Both the position numbers and the translations under genes were made by a program. A DNA stretch of 64,000 bases, taken from positions 1-64,000 of the IMG/VR virus record IMGVR_UViG_3300017971_000001; one strand, 5' to 3'. Positions 32,865-41,670 of the stretch are shown in pieces. The notes beneath the pieces are model-generated. The model had not been told where the DNA came from and ran no database searches. It was given only the letters and a program-made list of their open reading frames with translations. Numbering within the stretch: the stretch's first letter is position 1; each line of letters starts with the position of its first letter.

Positions 32865-34184
32865 CTAGAAGGTCTCGACGGACGTTCCGGGCAGCGGGAA
32901 CGAGCCCGAGTAGGGGTTGTAGGCCGGCGGCTGTGCGACCGAGACTCCTTGACCGGGCTGGGAGACGAAGCCGGGCGAACCGAAGATCGCCATGGGAACC
33001 TGGTAGGGCTGAGCCTGAATCGCAGTCTGCTGCGCCAGCCAGTACTGGTAGGCCTGGTTAGGATCGACGCCGTAGGGGCCGAGGGTCGGGTGGCTGTAGA
33101 AGGCCGGCAGGCTGGTGCGGCCCTGGACGAAGCTCGACTCGACCAGCGCCTTGTCAGGGGCCTTGTACTGGATACAGGTTCCCGTGTCGGCGTCGCAGAT
33201 CTTCGGGAGCGTGATCCGACGCTCAATGAAGCTGGTCGCCAGCTGGCTGTCGGGGCTGTTGTAGGTCAGGCGTCCCATGCCGAGGTCGAAGCGCTCGTTC
33301 TTGCCGGCGATCTTGCTGGCGCTCTCGCGGTACTTGGCGGGGACCTGGTCCGGGGCGAGGAACGTCCCCTGCGCGTAGTCGGGCGAGGCCTTGGGCAGCG
33401 CGCCCATGCCGAACAGCTGACGGTGACGCATGAGCGCCTTGCTGCTCATGAGCTCGCGCTTGGGCACCTGACGGGGCGAGAGGTAGGTGCCCTGGCCGTA
33501 GTCTGGACTCGCCTTGGGCAGCGCACCCATGCCGAACATTTGCCGGTGCTTGATCAGCTGGCGCGCGCTCATGCGAGTCGCGGCCGCGGCCTGCCGAGGC
33601 GAGAGGTAGGTCCCCTGCGCGTAGTCAGGACTCGCCGGCATGGCGCCCATGAACCGCTCGGGCGCGTTGTAGAGCTTCTTGTCGCTCATGCGGTACTTTT
33701 TGGGCACCTGGCGCGGCGAGAGATAGGTCCCCTGCGCGTAGTCGGGCGAGGCCTTGGGCAGCGCGCCCATGCCGAACATTTGGTGAGCGCGCATGAGCTC
33801 GCGATCGCTCATTCGCTCCCAGCCCGGCACCTGACCCGGCGAGAGGTAGGTCCCCTGTGCGTAGTCAGGCGCGCCCTTGAGCGAGAACGACTCACGCGAC
33901 TGCGCGACCTTGTTCGTCGGCACGATATCGCGAACGATCCCCGCCTCCGGGGAGAGCCAGTTGCCCTGGCCAGCCGTTCCGCCCATAGCGAGGCGCCGGC
34001 GAGACGCTCGAGCGGCAGCCCACTGGCGGCGCTCGGCGGCTCCGGGGGCAGAAGGACTCGTGTTAGGAACGCGCAGGTACATGACAACCTCCAGCTGGAG
34101 CTTTCTTTCAGTGTCGCCGGGATCTCGACCCCTGCCACCTCGAATCCTGACAACCGAAACCGACTCCTGCGTCTCGAATGGCAC
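32865..34184 (-). CDS. Repeat protein with five ~40-aa units
   Basis: PDYAQGTYLSP.QV......MS...L......FGMGALPK repeats; start codon uncertain. Confidence 0.7.
   Translation of the reverse strand: MPFETQESVSVVRIRGGRGRDPGDTERKLQLEVVMYLRVPNTSPSAPGAAERRQWAAARASRRRLAMGGTAGQGNWLSPEAGIVRDIVPTNKVAQSRESFSLKGAPDYAQGTYLSPGQVPGWERMSDRELMRAHQMFGMGALPKASPDYAQGTYLSPRQVPKKYRMSDKKLYNAPERFMGAMPASPDYAQGTYLSPRQAAAATRMSARQLIKHRQMFGMGALPKASPDYGQGTYLSPRQVPKRELMSSKALMRHRQLFGMGALPKASPDYAQGTFLAPDQVPAKYRESASKIAGKNERFDLGMGRLTYNSPDSQLATSFIERRITLPKICDADTGTCIQYKAPDKALVESSFVQGRTSLPAFYSHPTLGPYGVDPNQAYQYWLAQQTAIQAQPYQVPMAIFGSPGFVSQPGQGVSVAQPPAYNPYSGSFPLPGTSVETF
33270..33875 (-). repeat. Five imperfect ~120-bp tandem coding repeats
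   Basis: Recurring plus-strand cccatgccgaaca and gtcccctgcgcgtagtc segments; boundaries approximate. Confidence 0.85.
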
Positions 34185-34186
34185 AG

Positions 34187-34273
34187 CGCGGGGTCAACTA
34201 GTCAGGTCCATGTTCTCGGGCTCATAACCCGAGGGGGCGAAAGCCCCACGCAGGTTCGAATCCTGCCCCGCTA
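34187..34273 (+). tRNA. Initiator-type tRNA-Met(CAT) with an atypical long variable arm
   Basis: CGCGGGG/CCCCGCT+A acceptor with C1:U72 mismatch; anticodon arm TCGGG-CTCATAA-CCCGA; GGTTCGAATCC T-arm; extra GGGGC-GAAA-GCCCC arm; no encoded CCA. Confidence 0.8.
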
Positions 34274-35140
34274 TCAGACCGAGCGGAAGTAGACCGTGGC
34301 GGTCATGCCCTGACTCGCGGCGCCAGCGGTGTAGTTCACGCGCAGGCTCTGGGCCGCCGTGAACGCGACGTTATCCACGAAACCGACGTCGCCGCTCGCG
34401 AACACCCCTGAGTTGCTGAGCGTCATTTGCGTGACGCCGTTTCGCTGGATCTGAACGGTACCCGCGCCCGAGGCGAAGTTGAGCGCGATCGCAAGGATCT
34501 CGGCGTCGCGGGGGACGATATAGTCCGTCTCGACGCCCGGCGTGTTCGTTCCGATCACTGAGGCGTCGCCGTTGACGAACGCCAGCGGCTGCGTCGTGAT
34601 CGTCAATTCTCCGCCGAGGTTGGCGCAGAAGCTGTCGAGCGAGGACAGCGAAGCAATGTCCGCTGTGTTCTGGGTAATGTCTGCGCGGTTCTCGTTCAGC
34701 GCCGCGATTAGCGAGGCCGCGCCGGCGAACCCCGACAAGTTCAGATTGCTTCCGTCATTGAAGGGGAGTTGCTGACCTCGAGCTCCGAGAACCAGGTCCT
34801 GCGCGGCGCCGGCGAGAACCTGCAGAACGGCGTTCCCGCCGCCGTTCCCGATCTGGATCAGGGTCGCGGCGACGTCTGCCCACAGCTGGCGCGACGTCAG
34901 CGATCCTTCGATCCGACTGAGGAGTGCCTCGTCGAGCGTTTCGTTGAACTTGCGGGCGTCGGCGCCGTCGCCCGCGGCGAGCATGATTCGTTGCACGGTT
35001 ACCACCTGGAGAATGGTCATGACGACCGGGCCAACAAACCGATCGGGAAGAACGTTCAGCGCGCTCTGCGTCGCCGGGCCGACGTAGCGGTCGGGGAGGA
35101 CTGAGAGTCCGCGTTGGGCTGCTGGTCCGACGAAGGTCAT
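34274..35140 (-). CDS. Putative structural protein (N-terminal short repeat, coiled coil, beta-sandwich C-terminus)
   Basis: FVGPA.Q..L.VLPD repeated two to three times; beta-rich C-terminus. Confidence 0.6.
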   Translation of the reverse strand: MTFVGPAAQRGLSVLPDRYVGPATQSALNVLPDRFVGPVVMTILQVVTVQRIMLAAGDGADARKFNETLDEALLSRIEGSLTSRQLWADVAATLIQIGNGGGNAVLQVLAGAAQDLVLGARGQQLPFNDGSNLNLSGFAGAASLIAALNENRADITQNTADIASLSSLDSFCANLGGELTITTQPLAFVNGDASVIGTNTPGVETDYIVPRDAEILAIALNFASGAGTVQIQRNGVTQMTLSNSGVFASGDVGFVDNVAFTAAQSLRVNYTAGAASQGMTATVYFRSV

Positions 35141-35142
35141 GG

Positions 35143-36783
35143 TTAGGGCAGGACCCTGGGCATGAGGTTATGTTGCTCGCCCTTGAAGAGGCCGTCGTTG
35201 ATCGCCTCCCAGTTAGCGAAGACGGTCGTTGCGCCGTTGTCGAAGTCCATGGCCGTCACGTTGCCGCCGGATAGGGTGGGAGTGGCTCCCGGCCCGCTGA
35301 CTTTCCCGACCGCGCTGAGAGTGCATTTGTTTCGCGCGGGGCTGGTAGGCGACCCCCCAAAGGTTCGCGAGTAGAGCAACTCAACGTCGCGCGAAGGGGT
35401 TGAGGGAGTGCCACCCGTCTCGTCAAAGGCGAAGCCCTGGAGTTGGATTTGGGACTCACCCTCCAATGCGACGCGCCCAACCTCGTGAACGTAGAGCGCG
35501 GGAACTGCTGTAGAGCTCCCCTCGTAGATATTCTCGCCGCCGCCGTTGCTGTCAACGTGCGTGATATTGGTCAGGACTGTCTGGCCGCCGCCGACGTTGG
35601 TCATGGCCGATCCGACGCCGTTCCATTGATACCAAGTGTAGCTCCCGCCAGCGAGCAGGATCCCAATTGTTGCGACGGGGTTGGCGGGGTCGGTGTTCGT
35701 GTCGTAGTTGATCACCATGTCCACAACAATGTCCGTTGTGAACATGTCGGGGCCGGTCGGGAACGCGATTCCAGCCGGCGCGACTGTCGGGGTGATCTCG
35801 GTCGGGACGAAGGTGTTCAGGTCGACGCTGAACGCGCGCAGTCCGCGGGTGGTGTCCGACACGCCAGCAGCAAACTGCTCATAAAAGAGTATGACCATGA
35901 CCCGGGTCGCCGGGTCCTCGAAGATCACAGCCCTGCGGGAGTTGAGGCGCTCGGTCTTGGTGGCGCCTCCGGCGCTCGTTCTCCCAAACGCAGCGTCAGC
36001 CGACTGGTTGTTCACGATCCCGGGAGACAGGCCGTTCCAGCGTTCAAGCCAGCTTCCGGTGAACTCAAGCAATGAGTCGGCGGCAATGGCCGACGAGTTG
36101 TAGTCGGTGGCCACCAGGGCGAACAGGCGGCCTTGGACGACGCCGAAGATCATTCGCCCGTAGCTGGACGACGGCGTTCCATAAGCTTGGACCGAGAAAG
36201 ACAGGGCGATCGGGTCCGTTGCCAGCAGCCGGCCTCCCAGGCCGCCGTGCAGAATGTTCCGATAGAGGATCCCGGTGCTCTGGTTGGTGTTCATGAGGTT
36301 CACGCCTGGCGCGATCAGCACGGGGGTGCTTTGAATCCAGCCAGCCGGTCCGTCAAGGTCGCGGTAGATCACCCCTCCAGTGGAGGCACTGCTGCTTCTC
36401 GTCTGGGTCGCGAAGACACGAGGGACGCCGGAGGCGTTGAGGCCGACCTTCAGGTTGCAGATCGCGCGGTCCCCGACGTTGGGAGTGAATCCATTTCCGG
36501 TCGTGACCCAGTTCCCGGTGGAGGGGTCGTAGACGTAGATCGAGCCTACGCGGTTGAGCGCGGACCCCGTTCCGTCCTGGTGAACGAGGATATAGAAGTC
36601 GTTGCCGAGTCGAGCGCCGACGCCTGCGTGAGCCCCAGTCGGGAAGTTGAGGGCGTCGTTCGTCGGATCGTCCGGCGCGACGGGGATCACGTTGCCGAAG
36701 GTGGTGGGCGTTCCGTTGAGCACCCGTACCGGTTGCTGGTTCACGCCCGGGGTGTAGAGCATTCCGAGGACTTCTGCGGCCAT
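35143..36783 (-). CDS. Beta-rich putative virion protein
   Basis: 546-aa Gly/Thr/Asn-rich ORF with no catalytic motif seen. Confidence 0.6.
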   Translation of the reverse strand: MAAEVLGMLYTPGVNQQPVRVLNGTPTTFGNVIPVAPDDPTNDALNFPTGAHAGVGARLGNDFYILVHQDGTGSALNRVGSIYVYDPSTGNWVTTGNGFTPNVGDRAICNLKVGLNASGVPRVFATQTRSSSASTGGVIYRDLDGPAGWIQSTPVLIAPGVNLMNTNQSTGILYRNILHGGLGGRLLATDPIALSFSVQAYGTPSSSYGRMIFGVVQGRLFALVATDYNSSAIAADSLLEFTGSWLERWNGLSPGIVNNQSADAAFGRTSAGGATKTERLNSRRAVIFEDPATRVMVILFYEQFAAGVSDTTRGLRAFSVDLNTFVPTEITPTVAPAGIAFPTGPDMFTTDIVVDMVINYDTNTDPANPVATIGILLAGGSYTWYQWNGVGSAMTNVGGGQTVLTNITHVDSNGGGENIYEGSSTAVPALYVHEVGRVALEGESQIQLQGFAFDETGGTPSTPSRDVELLYSRTFGGSPTSPARNKCTLSAVGKVSGPGATPTLSGGNVTAMDFDNGATTVFANWEAINDGLFKGEQHNLMPRVLP

Positions 36784-36786
36784 GGA

Positions 36787-37023
36787 CTACTCCTCGTCGG
36801 GGTGCGTGGCCCCGATATAGGTGATCTCAAACCCATTGGTCTGGTATGGGCTGCCTGGCGAGTAGGTGCAGAGGTAATCGCCGACCTCGAGCTCGGAAGC
36901 TGGCTTCACGCTGTGGAGCTTGTTGACTGGGTTCTGCACGCAGACGTCGACCGAGTCGTCGCTGTAGGCGTGGACTCGGGTGGCGCCCTCGCCAAGATCG
37001 ACCTGTACGTAAACTGCCGGCAT
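36787..37023 (-). CDS. Small hypothetical protein
   Basis: GGAGAG RBS before ATG 37023; its TAG lies just before the next ATG. Confidence 0.5.
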   Translation of the reverse strand: MPAVYVQVDLGEGATRVHAYSDDSVDVCVQNPVNKLHSVKPASELEVGDYLCTYSPGSPYQTNGFEITYIGATHPDEE

Positions 37024-37128
37024 GACTCTCTCCGCTTCTTTCAGGTTAGCAGGAATAGTGGTCCCGTCCCGCTCACTTGAAAGCGTAACAGCGCAGTGCA
37101 AACTGCGATCTCAGAAGAGGAGTTCTCC

Positions 37129-37413
37129 ATGACCACTACGACCAAGACTACGATCGTTCCTCTCGAGGACCACGTCCTTGTCCGCCCGATCGCTGACGAC
37201 GACCGCAGCAAGGGCGGCGTGATCATTCCTCAGTCCGCCAAGGACAAGCCGACTCGCGGTGAGGTGATCGCGACCGGTCCCGAGGTCGCCTCGGTCGGCG
37301 AGGGAGACGTCGTGATCTACAGCCGCTACGCCGGCACGGACGTTCGGATCGACGACGAAGACCTGCTGATCCTGCGCAAGAAGGACCTGGTCTGCCGAAT
37401 TCTGCAGTCCTAG
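37129..37413 (+). CDS. groES: Co-chaperonin GroES
   Basis: IVPLEDHVLV, GGVIIP.SAKDKP..GEVIA.GP, GDVVIYSRYAGT; GAGGAG RBS. Confidence 0.95.
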   Translation: MTTTTKTTIVPLEDHVLVRPIADDDRSKGGVIIPQSAKDKPTRGEVIATGPEVASVGEGDVVIYSRYAGTDVRIDDEDLLILRKKDLVCRILQS

Positions 37414-37543
37414 TCCAACTGACGCAGCAGTCCGATCAGATAGTCCGGCGGAACCGGCCCCGTCTGGAGGCGGCAGTGTTGTAGGCGCTGGATCAGCAGC
37501 AGAAGCACGTGAGCGGAGCAGGGGCACATACTGACTCCCAGTG

Positions 37544-37558
37544 TACAGTGGAACCATG
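37544..37558 (+). promoter_or_regulatory. Leaderless-type -10 element TACAGT-ggaacc-ATG
   Basis: Same geometry as at seven other starts. Confidence 0.55.
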
Positions 37559-37741
37559 ATCCGGATCGTAGGTTTCACGCACGGCCGCGGGCTGGGCGAT
37601 CAGTTCCCCAGTGAGCCCGAGCGGCTCTTCGCCCCGCCGACCGCGGGCCAGAAGCAGTTCGGCGAGCTCTTGATTGCTGCGACCGGGCTTATGCTGCTCT
37701 GGATCGTGGCCGGCGCGCCTGGCGTGCCCGCCAAGGGGTGA
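37556..37741 (+). CDS. Small protein with GLG and a C-terminal TM segment
   Basis: GRGLGD; LLIAATGLMLLWIVAG. Confidence 0.55.
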   Translation: MIRIVGFTHGRGLGDQFPSEPERLFAPPTAGQKQFGELLIAATGLMLLWIVAGAPGVPAKG

Positions 37742-37745
37742 TCGC

Positions 37746-39026
37746 ATGAGCCTGCGGAAGTTGAGGTACGAGCCTAACCCTCCCGCGCCCTTCTTGGTCA
37801 AGAAGGCGACGCGCGACAAGATCCTTGGCCTCTACGACAGCTGGCTGACCGAGGTTTGGCTCGAGCTCCCGCGCACGCGCGCCGGCAAGGCAAGCCCACC
37901 CATGCTGCTCTTCGCCCCTGAGCTCTACAGCGAGGATTTCGCTGAAGCCGGAATCGAGGGAATGTATAGCTCGGTGCTGGCGGAGCACCTCAAGCCTCAC
38001 CACCGCGTTGTGGGCGAGCCGCGGGTGAACCGTGAGACGGGGGCCGTCTACTACCGGATCGGCGGCATGTACAAGGGCGCCTCGTTCTTCAGCAACACGA
38101 GCAAAATGAGTTGCCCGTCCTGGTCGGTTCCGGCGGGCCCGCCGATCATTGGCGGGTCGTGCCCTGGCGCAGGGCCTATGCTCGAGACGCCAGATCAGCA
38201 ACGCCGGGCCTCGATTCAACAAATCGAACGTCAGATCGCGCTGGGGATCGAGTCCGGGCGGCTCGATATGAGCGAGCCTCTGAAGGTCCGCGGGCGCCGC
38301 CTTCCGTCCGCCGACGCCGGCCCTGGCGAGCTAAAGCAGTTCGTCTGCGATATCTGCTACGCCGGCAAGGCGAACTACGGCAACGCCTCCACCCAGGCTT
38401 GGCAGATTCTCCGCTTCGAGTGGTTCAAGCGCTGGGAGCGGAAGGATCCGGCCGAGCTCGTGCGCCAGCTGGTGCTCGCGATCAACCACATGCGCGAATA
38501 CCTGCTGACCTATCACTCCAAGTCGAAGAAGAATCCGATCGATCGCGCCGGCCGCAAGATCGGCGTGAAGCACGAAGTCTGGAGCCAGGTAGACCCCAAC
38601 TTCTTTCGGATCTACGACTCGGGCGACTACCACAGTGTCACAGCCGTTCGCGTCTGGAACGAGGTCGCCAAGCGGGTTCCCGAGGTGCTGTTCTGGGCGC
38701 CGACTCGCATGTGGTGGAGCGAGAAGTTTCGGCGCGAAATGGCAAAGGCGCCCAAGAACCTCGCGATCCGCCCGAGCGCACTTCATACAGAAGACCCTCC
38801 CCCGAGGGTCAAGGGTCTCGCCGGCGGCTCCGGCGTCAGCAGCGACGATTCGTCCTGGTTGTGCCCGGTCTATACCGGTCAGGCTCGCACATGTTGGAAG
38901 GCAAGGCGGCCTAAGGGGAAGACGCTCAAGCCGGGCGGCAAGGAGCACTGCCGCGTCTGCTGGGGCGGGTTCAAACCCGGCAAGCTCCCCTACAAGCAGA
39001 CTACGGTCAGCTATCACGCCCACTAG
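37746..39026 (+). CDS. GP88-like (gene product 88) Cys-rich protein
   Basis: SKMSCPSWSVPA, SCPG, CDICYA, FRIYDSGD, FWAPTR, CxxC C-terminus. Confidence 0.7.
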   Translation: MSLRKLRYEPNPPAPFLVKKATRDKILGLYDSWLTEVWLELPRTRAGKASPPMLLFAPELYSEDFAEAGIEGMYSSVLAEHLKPHHRVVGEPRVNRETGAVYYRIGGMYKGASFFSNTSKMSCPSWSVPAGPPIIGGSCPGAGPMLETPDQQRRASIQQIERQIALGIESGRLDMSEPLKVRGRRLPSADAGPGELKQFVCDICYAGKANYGNASTQAWQILRFEWFKRWERKDPAELVRQLVLAINHMREYLLTYHSKSKKNPIDRAGRKIGVKHEVWSQVDPNFFRIYDSGDYHSVTAVRVWNEVAKRVPEVLFWAPTRMWWSEKFRREMAKAPKNLAIRPSALHTEDPPPRVKGLAGGSGVSSDDSSWLCPVYTGQARTCWKARRPKGKTLKPGGKEHCRVCWGGFKPGKLPYKQTTVSYHAH

Positions 39027-39034
39027 GAGTCCTC

Positions 39035-39595
39035 ATGAGCATGTTGACGCTGGAGGGCCTCGGTAACCCGCCGCGCGAACCGAAGTCCGAAGAACTTTTC
39101 TGGCGAGACGTGCGCTCGGCCTGGCACCGGCGCGGACTTCCGCTCGCGCCTTGGAGTCGGACAACTCGGGAGACGGAGGCCGCGGCTCGCTATCGAGCTC
39201 GATACGCCGACGAGCTCCGCGCGCGTCGCATGCGGCAGGCGGCTGAGAATCAGCGGCGCCGGCAGATCCTCGCTCAGCAGCGCGCTCGGGCTCAGAGCCA
39301 GAACTCAGCGGCGAAGCGAGTTCAGCGGCGCGAGCCGGTGATCGCCAATTGGCGCGAGGAGCAGGATCGGCGCCGGGCGCAAGACGAGTTACTGGCGCGC
39401 CAGCGAGCTCGCTCCGTCGCAAGGACTGGCCTCGTTTCAGCCCAGGCCAGAGAGAGGGCTGCGGCCAAGCGGACGCCGCCCCCCTTGATCGCCCGCCCGA
39501 CCCGTCAGGCGAGCATGCCCCGCTCAGGTGGTTATCTGAGCTTCAGCACGCCGACCGTCTCCTACCAACCCCAGACCCATATCCTGCTGCGCTAA
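39035..39595 (+). CDS. Arg/Gln-rich basic coiled-coil protein
   Basis: AGGAG RBS; LEGLGNP near the N-terminus. Confidence 0.65.
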   Translation: MSMLTLEGLGNPPREPKSEELFWRDVRSAWHRRGLPLAPWSRTTRETEAAARYRARYADELRARRMRQAAENQRRRQILAQQRARAQSQNSAAKRVQRREPVIANWREEQDRRRAQDELLARQRARSVARTGLVSAQARERAAAKRTPPPLIARPTRQASMPRSGGYLSFSTPTVSYQPQTHILLR

Positions 39596-40989
39596 TGCAC
39601 ACTGCCGACACACTCAACGAACTGGTCGACGACTTCCTGGCGCTGCCTCAGCGCCCCAGTGAGCACTTCGTTGACTTCGTCCTCGCCAACGGATTCACGC
39701 TCGAGCTCTGGGCCGAGGAGGACCTGCGCGGGGCTGCTATGCGCCTGCTGAACACCGACGACATGCTGGTGATCGAAGCCTGGCTGGAGAACTTCCAGAA
39801 CTTCACTGGGCAGCCGGTCTGCCACGAGGAGCCGGTGTGGCGCGTCGCTGCGAATCCAGACGAACGCCGACGGCGGGCTCAGCGCGGGGAAGTTGAAGAG
39901 CAAGCAAACTACCTACGCAGCATGGAGCGATCCGGCGAACTCGACCCGTGGATCGTTCCTGCTATGGCGGCGCTCGGCGACCCGGCCGCGGGGAGGATTT
40001 ACCAACCCGGCGGGAGCTTTTCTTCTGTGTTCAGAGAGCTCTCGCGCCACATGCCCCTTGAGGCCGCCTACCTTCTTTATTTGATCCCGGCGACCCGTGC
40101 TCTCGAGATCGCTCTTCCTTTCGCGCCTGCCAAGGCGGCTACTCCTGGCGGGCTGACCAACGAAATGATCACCGACGCTGTGGTGCGATCTGCTGATCGG
40201 TACATGCGCCAGCGGGGAGACTGGGCGCCCCCGAGTATGGATTCAATCCGTAGTTCCTTCGGAGAGCGGGCGCCAGAGCCTGTCGACAGTCTATCTGTCG
40301 CGGTCGTCGGGGCGGCCCAGCTGCTGAGACTTTCTCCCTTGAGCCCCGAAGGGACTTTGAGCGATTTCATGCGGGGGCACCTGCGAGATCAATACCTGTC
40401 CGCCGTGCTCTCAATGGCCGAGAGTTTCGTCAGGCGCAGTTCGGCCCAAACGCCCCCTTCGATCCGAAGCGAAGCGTCCGAGGCCCTGTTCGAGTGGCTC
40501 ATGCAGAACGCGCCCTTCCCCTACGAAGTTCCGGCGCGGCGCGTTGTTGCGAATCCAGACGGGCGCCGTCCGGATCTCTGGCGTTACGCTGACGAATGTT
40601 ACGACTTCGCTCGAGAGCGGATTCTTGAACTCCAGCGCCGCGGGTCGCCGTCCTGGCTACAGCCGTTCAATCGCGACCTGCCCCTCAAGCACTTCTGCGT
40701 CGAAGTGAGCGGGCTCATGCTGGCCTGCGCGCTGCTGAGGCAATTGCCCGTCAGCGCCCAGGTCGCGAGCGTCTGGATCGCCGACGAGTTCGACGAAGGT
40801 CACTACCACGACGTGCTCGTGCTCTACCAGCCAGGACAGGAACTCTGGGTCGACCCCTCGACTCACGCTGAACTGAGGGAATGCTCCGAGCTTGCGGACT
40901 ACGAGATCGACTGGGTCGATCAGCGCCTTGCGTTGCAGAAGATCGACGTATTGCTGACGCCTGCCGAGCGCAGAAAGCTGGGTCTATGA
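39595..40989 (+). CDS. Three-module NP-linked protein ending in a Cys-His-Asp (transglutaminase/papain-like) domain
   Basis: TAATG coupling; AANPDERRRR tag variant; VANPDGR; FCVEVS...HYHDVLVL...WVDP. Confidence 0.7.
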   Translation: MHTADTLNELVDDFLALPQRPSEHFVDFVLANGFTLELWAEEDLRGAAMRLLNTDDMLVIEAWLENFQNFTGQPVCHEEPVWRVAANPDERRRRAQRGEVEEQANYLRSMERSGELDPWIVPAMAALGDPAAGRIYQPGGSFSSVFRELSRHMPLEAAYLLYLIPATRALEIALPFAPAKAATPGGLTNEMITDAVVRSADRYMRQRGDWAPPSMDSIRSSFGERAPEPVDSLSVAVVGAAQLLRLSPLSPEGTLSDFMRGHLRDQYLSAVLSMAESFVRRSSAQTPPSIRSEASEALFEWLMQNAPFPYEVPARRVVANPDGRRPDLWRYADECYDFARERILELQRRGSPSWLQPFNRDLPLKHFCVEVSGLMLACALLRQLPVSAQVASVWIADEFDEGHYHDVLVLYQPGQELWVDPSTHAELRECSELADYEIDWVDQRLALQKIDVLLTPAERRKLGL

Positions 40990-41237
40990 ATCGCCTCGCC
41001 CTCCTGTTTCTCCTCCCTCTCCTGGCCGTCATTTGGGGTTGCTCGACCCCCTCCGCCTACGAAAAGAAGACTCGGGAGGCTGAGCAGAAGCTGAAGCGCC
41101 TCGAGCTCGAGGCGGAGATCCAGCGGGTTGAGATCCAGATCTGCAAGGACCTCACGGCGCATTCGATCCGCTGCCATGTCTGCGAGCGATCCAAGGGCTG
41201 GCACGCAAAGAAGTGGGGACGCAAGGCCAAGCCCTAA
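40986..41237 (+). CDS. Small lipoprotein
   Basis: MNRLALLFLLPLLAVIWG-C lipobox-like signal followed by a coiled coil. Confidence 0.65.
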   Translation: MNRLALLFLLPLLAVIWGCSTPSAYEKKTREAEQKLKRLELEAEIQRVEIQICKDLTAHSIRCHVCERSKGWHAKKWGRKAKP

Positions 41238-41403
41238 TCCCGCCCCCCGCGTGCGGATCCGCGCGCTTTCCACGTCGCGGCCGCGCGCAAGTTTGCGTTT
41301 TTCTGCCAGAATAGCGAGAACAGCGCGATCGCGGCTTCGCCTCCCGCGGTTGGCCACACACTTTCAACAGCAATTTGACGGCGCAGCCAGAAAAGGAAGT
41401 GAA

Positions 41404-41670
41404 GTGGACGAAGCTAAGTTGGACCTCGACGGAATGATCGACGAGGCGGTCAAGGTCGAGCCAAAGGGCGTGCTAGACGAAGCACGCCGGGACGCGCTGA
41501 AGCGGGTCGTCGATCGCCTCATGGAGCGAAAGGTCAAGCTTCCCCTGGTCAAGGTCAAGAAGATCGCTGAGGACATGCTCGGGGAGGGAGAGTGGTGCAA
41601 GCGGCGCACGTTCTACGACGTCTTCGCGAGGTTGCACCCTGAGTACCGCAAGTTCATTGGTCGCGCATGA
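41404..41670 (+). CDS. Hypothetical protein
   Basis: AAGGAAG RBS-like sequence; coupled to the next gene. Confidence 0.55.
   Translation: MDEAKLDLDGMIDEAVKVEPKGVLDEARRDALKRVVDRLMERKVKLPLVKVKKIAEDMLGEGEWCKRRTFYDVFARLHPEYRKFIGRA

Noticed and set aside
36787-37023. Hint/intein-like similarity (KPASELEVGDY)
   Set aside because: Only one short motif; no N-terminal Cys block or terminal His-Asn, and the protein is too short.
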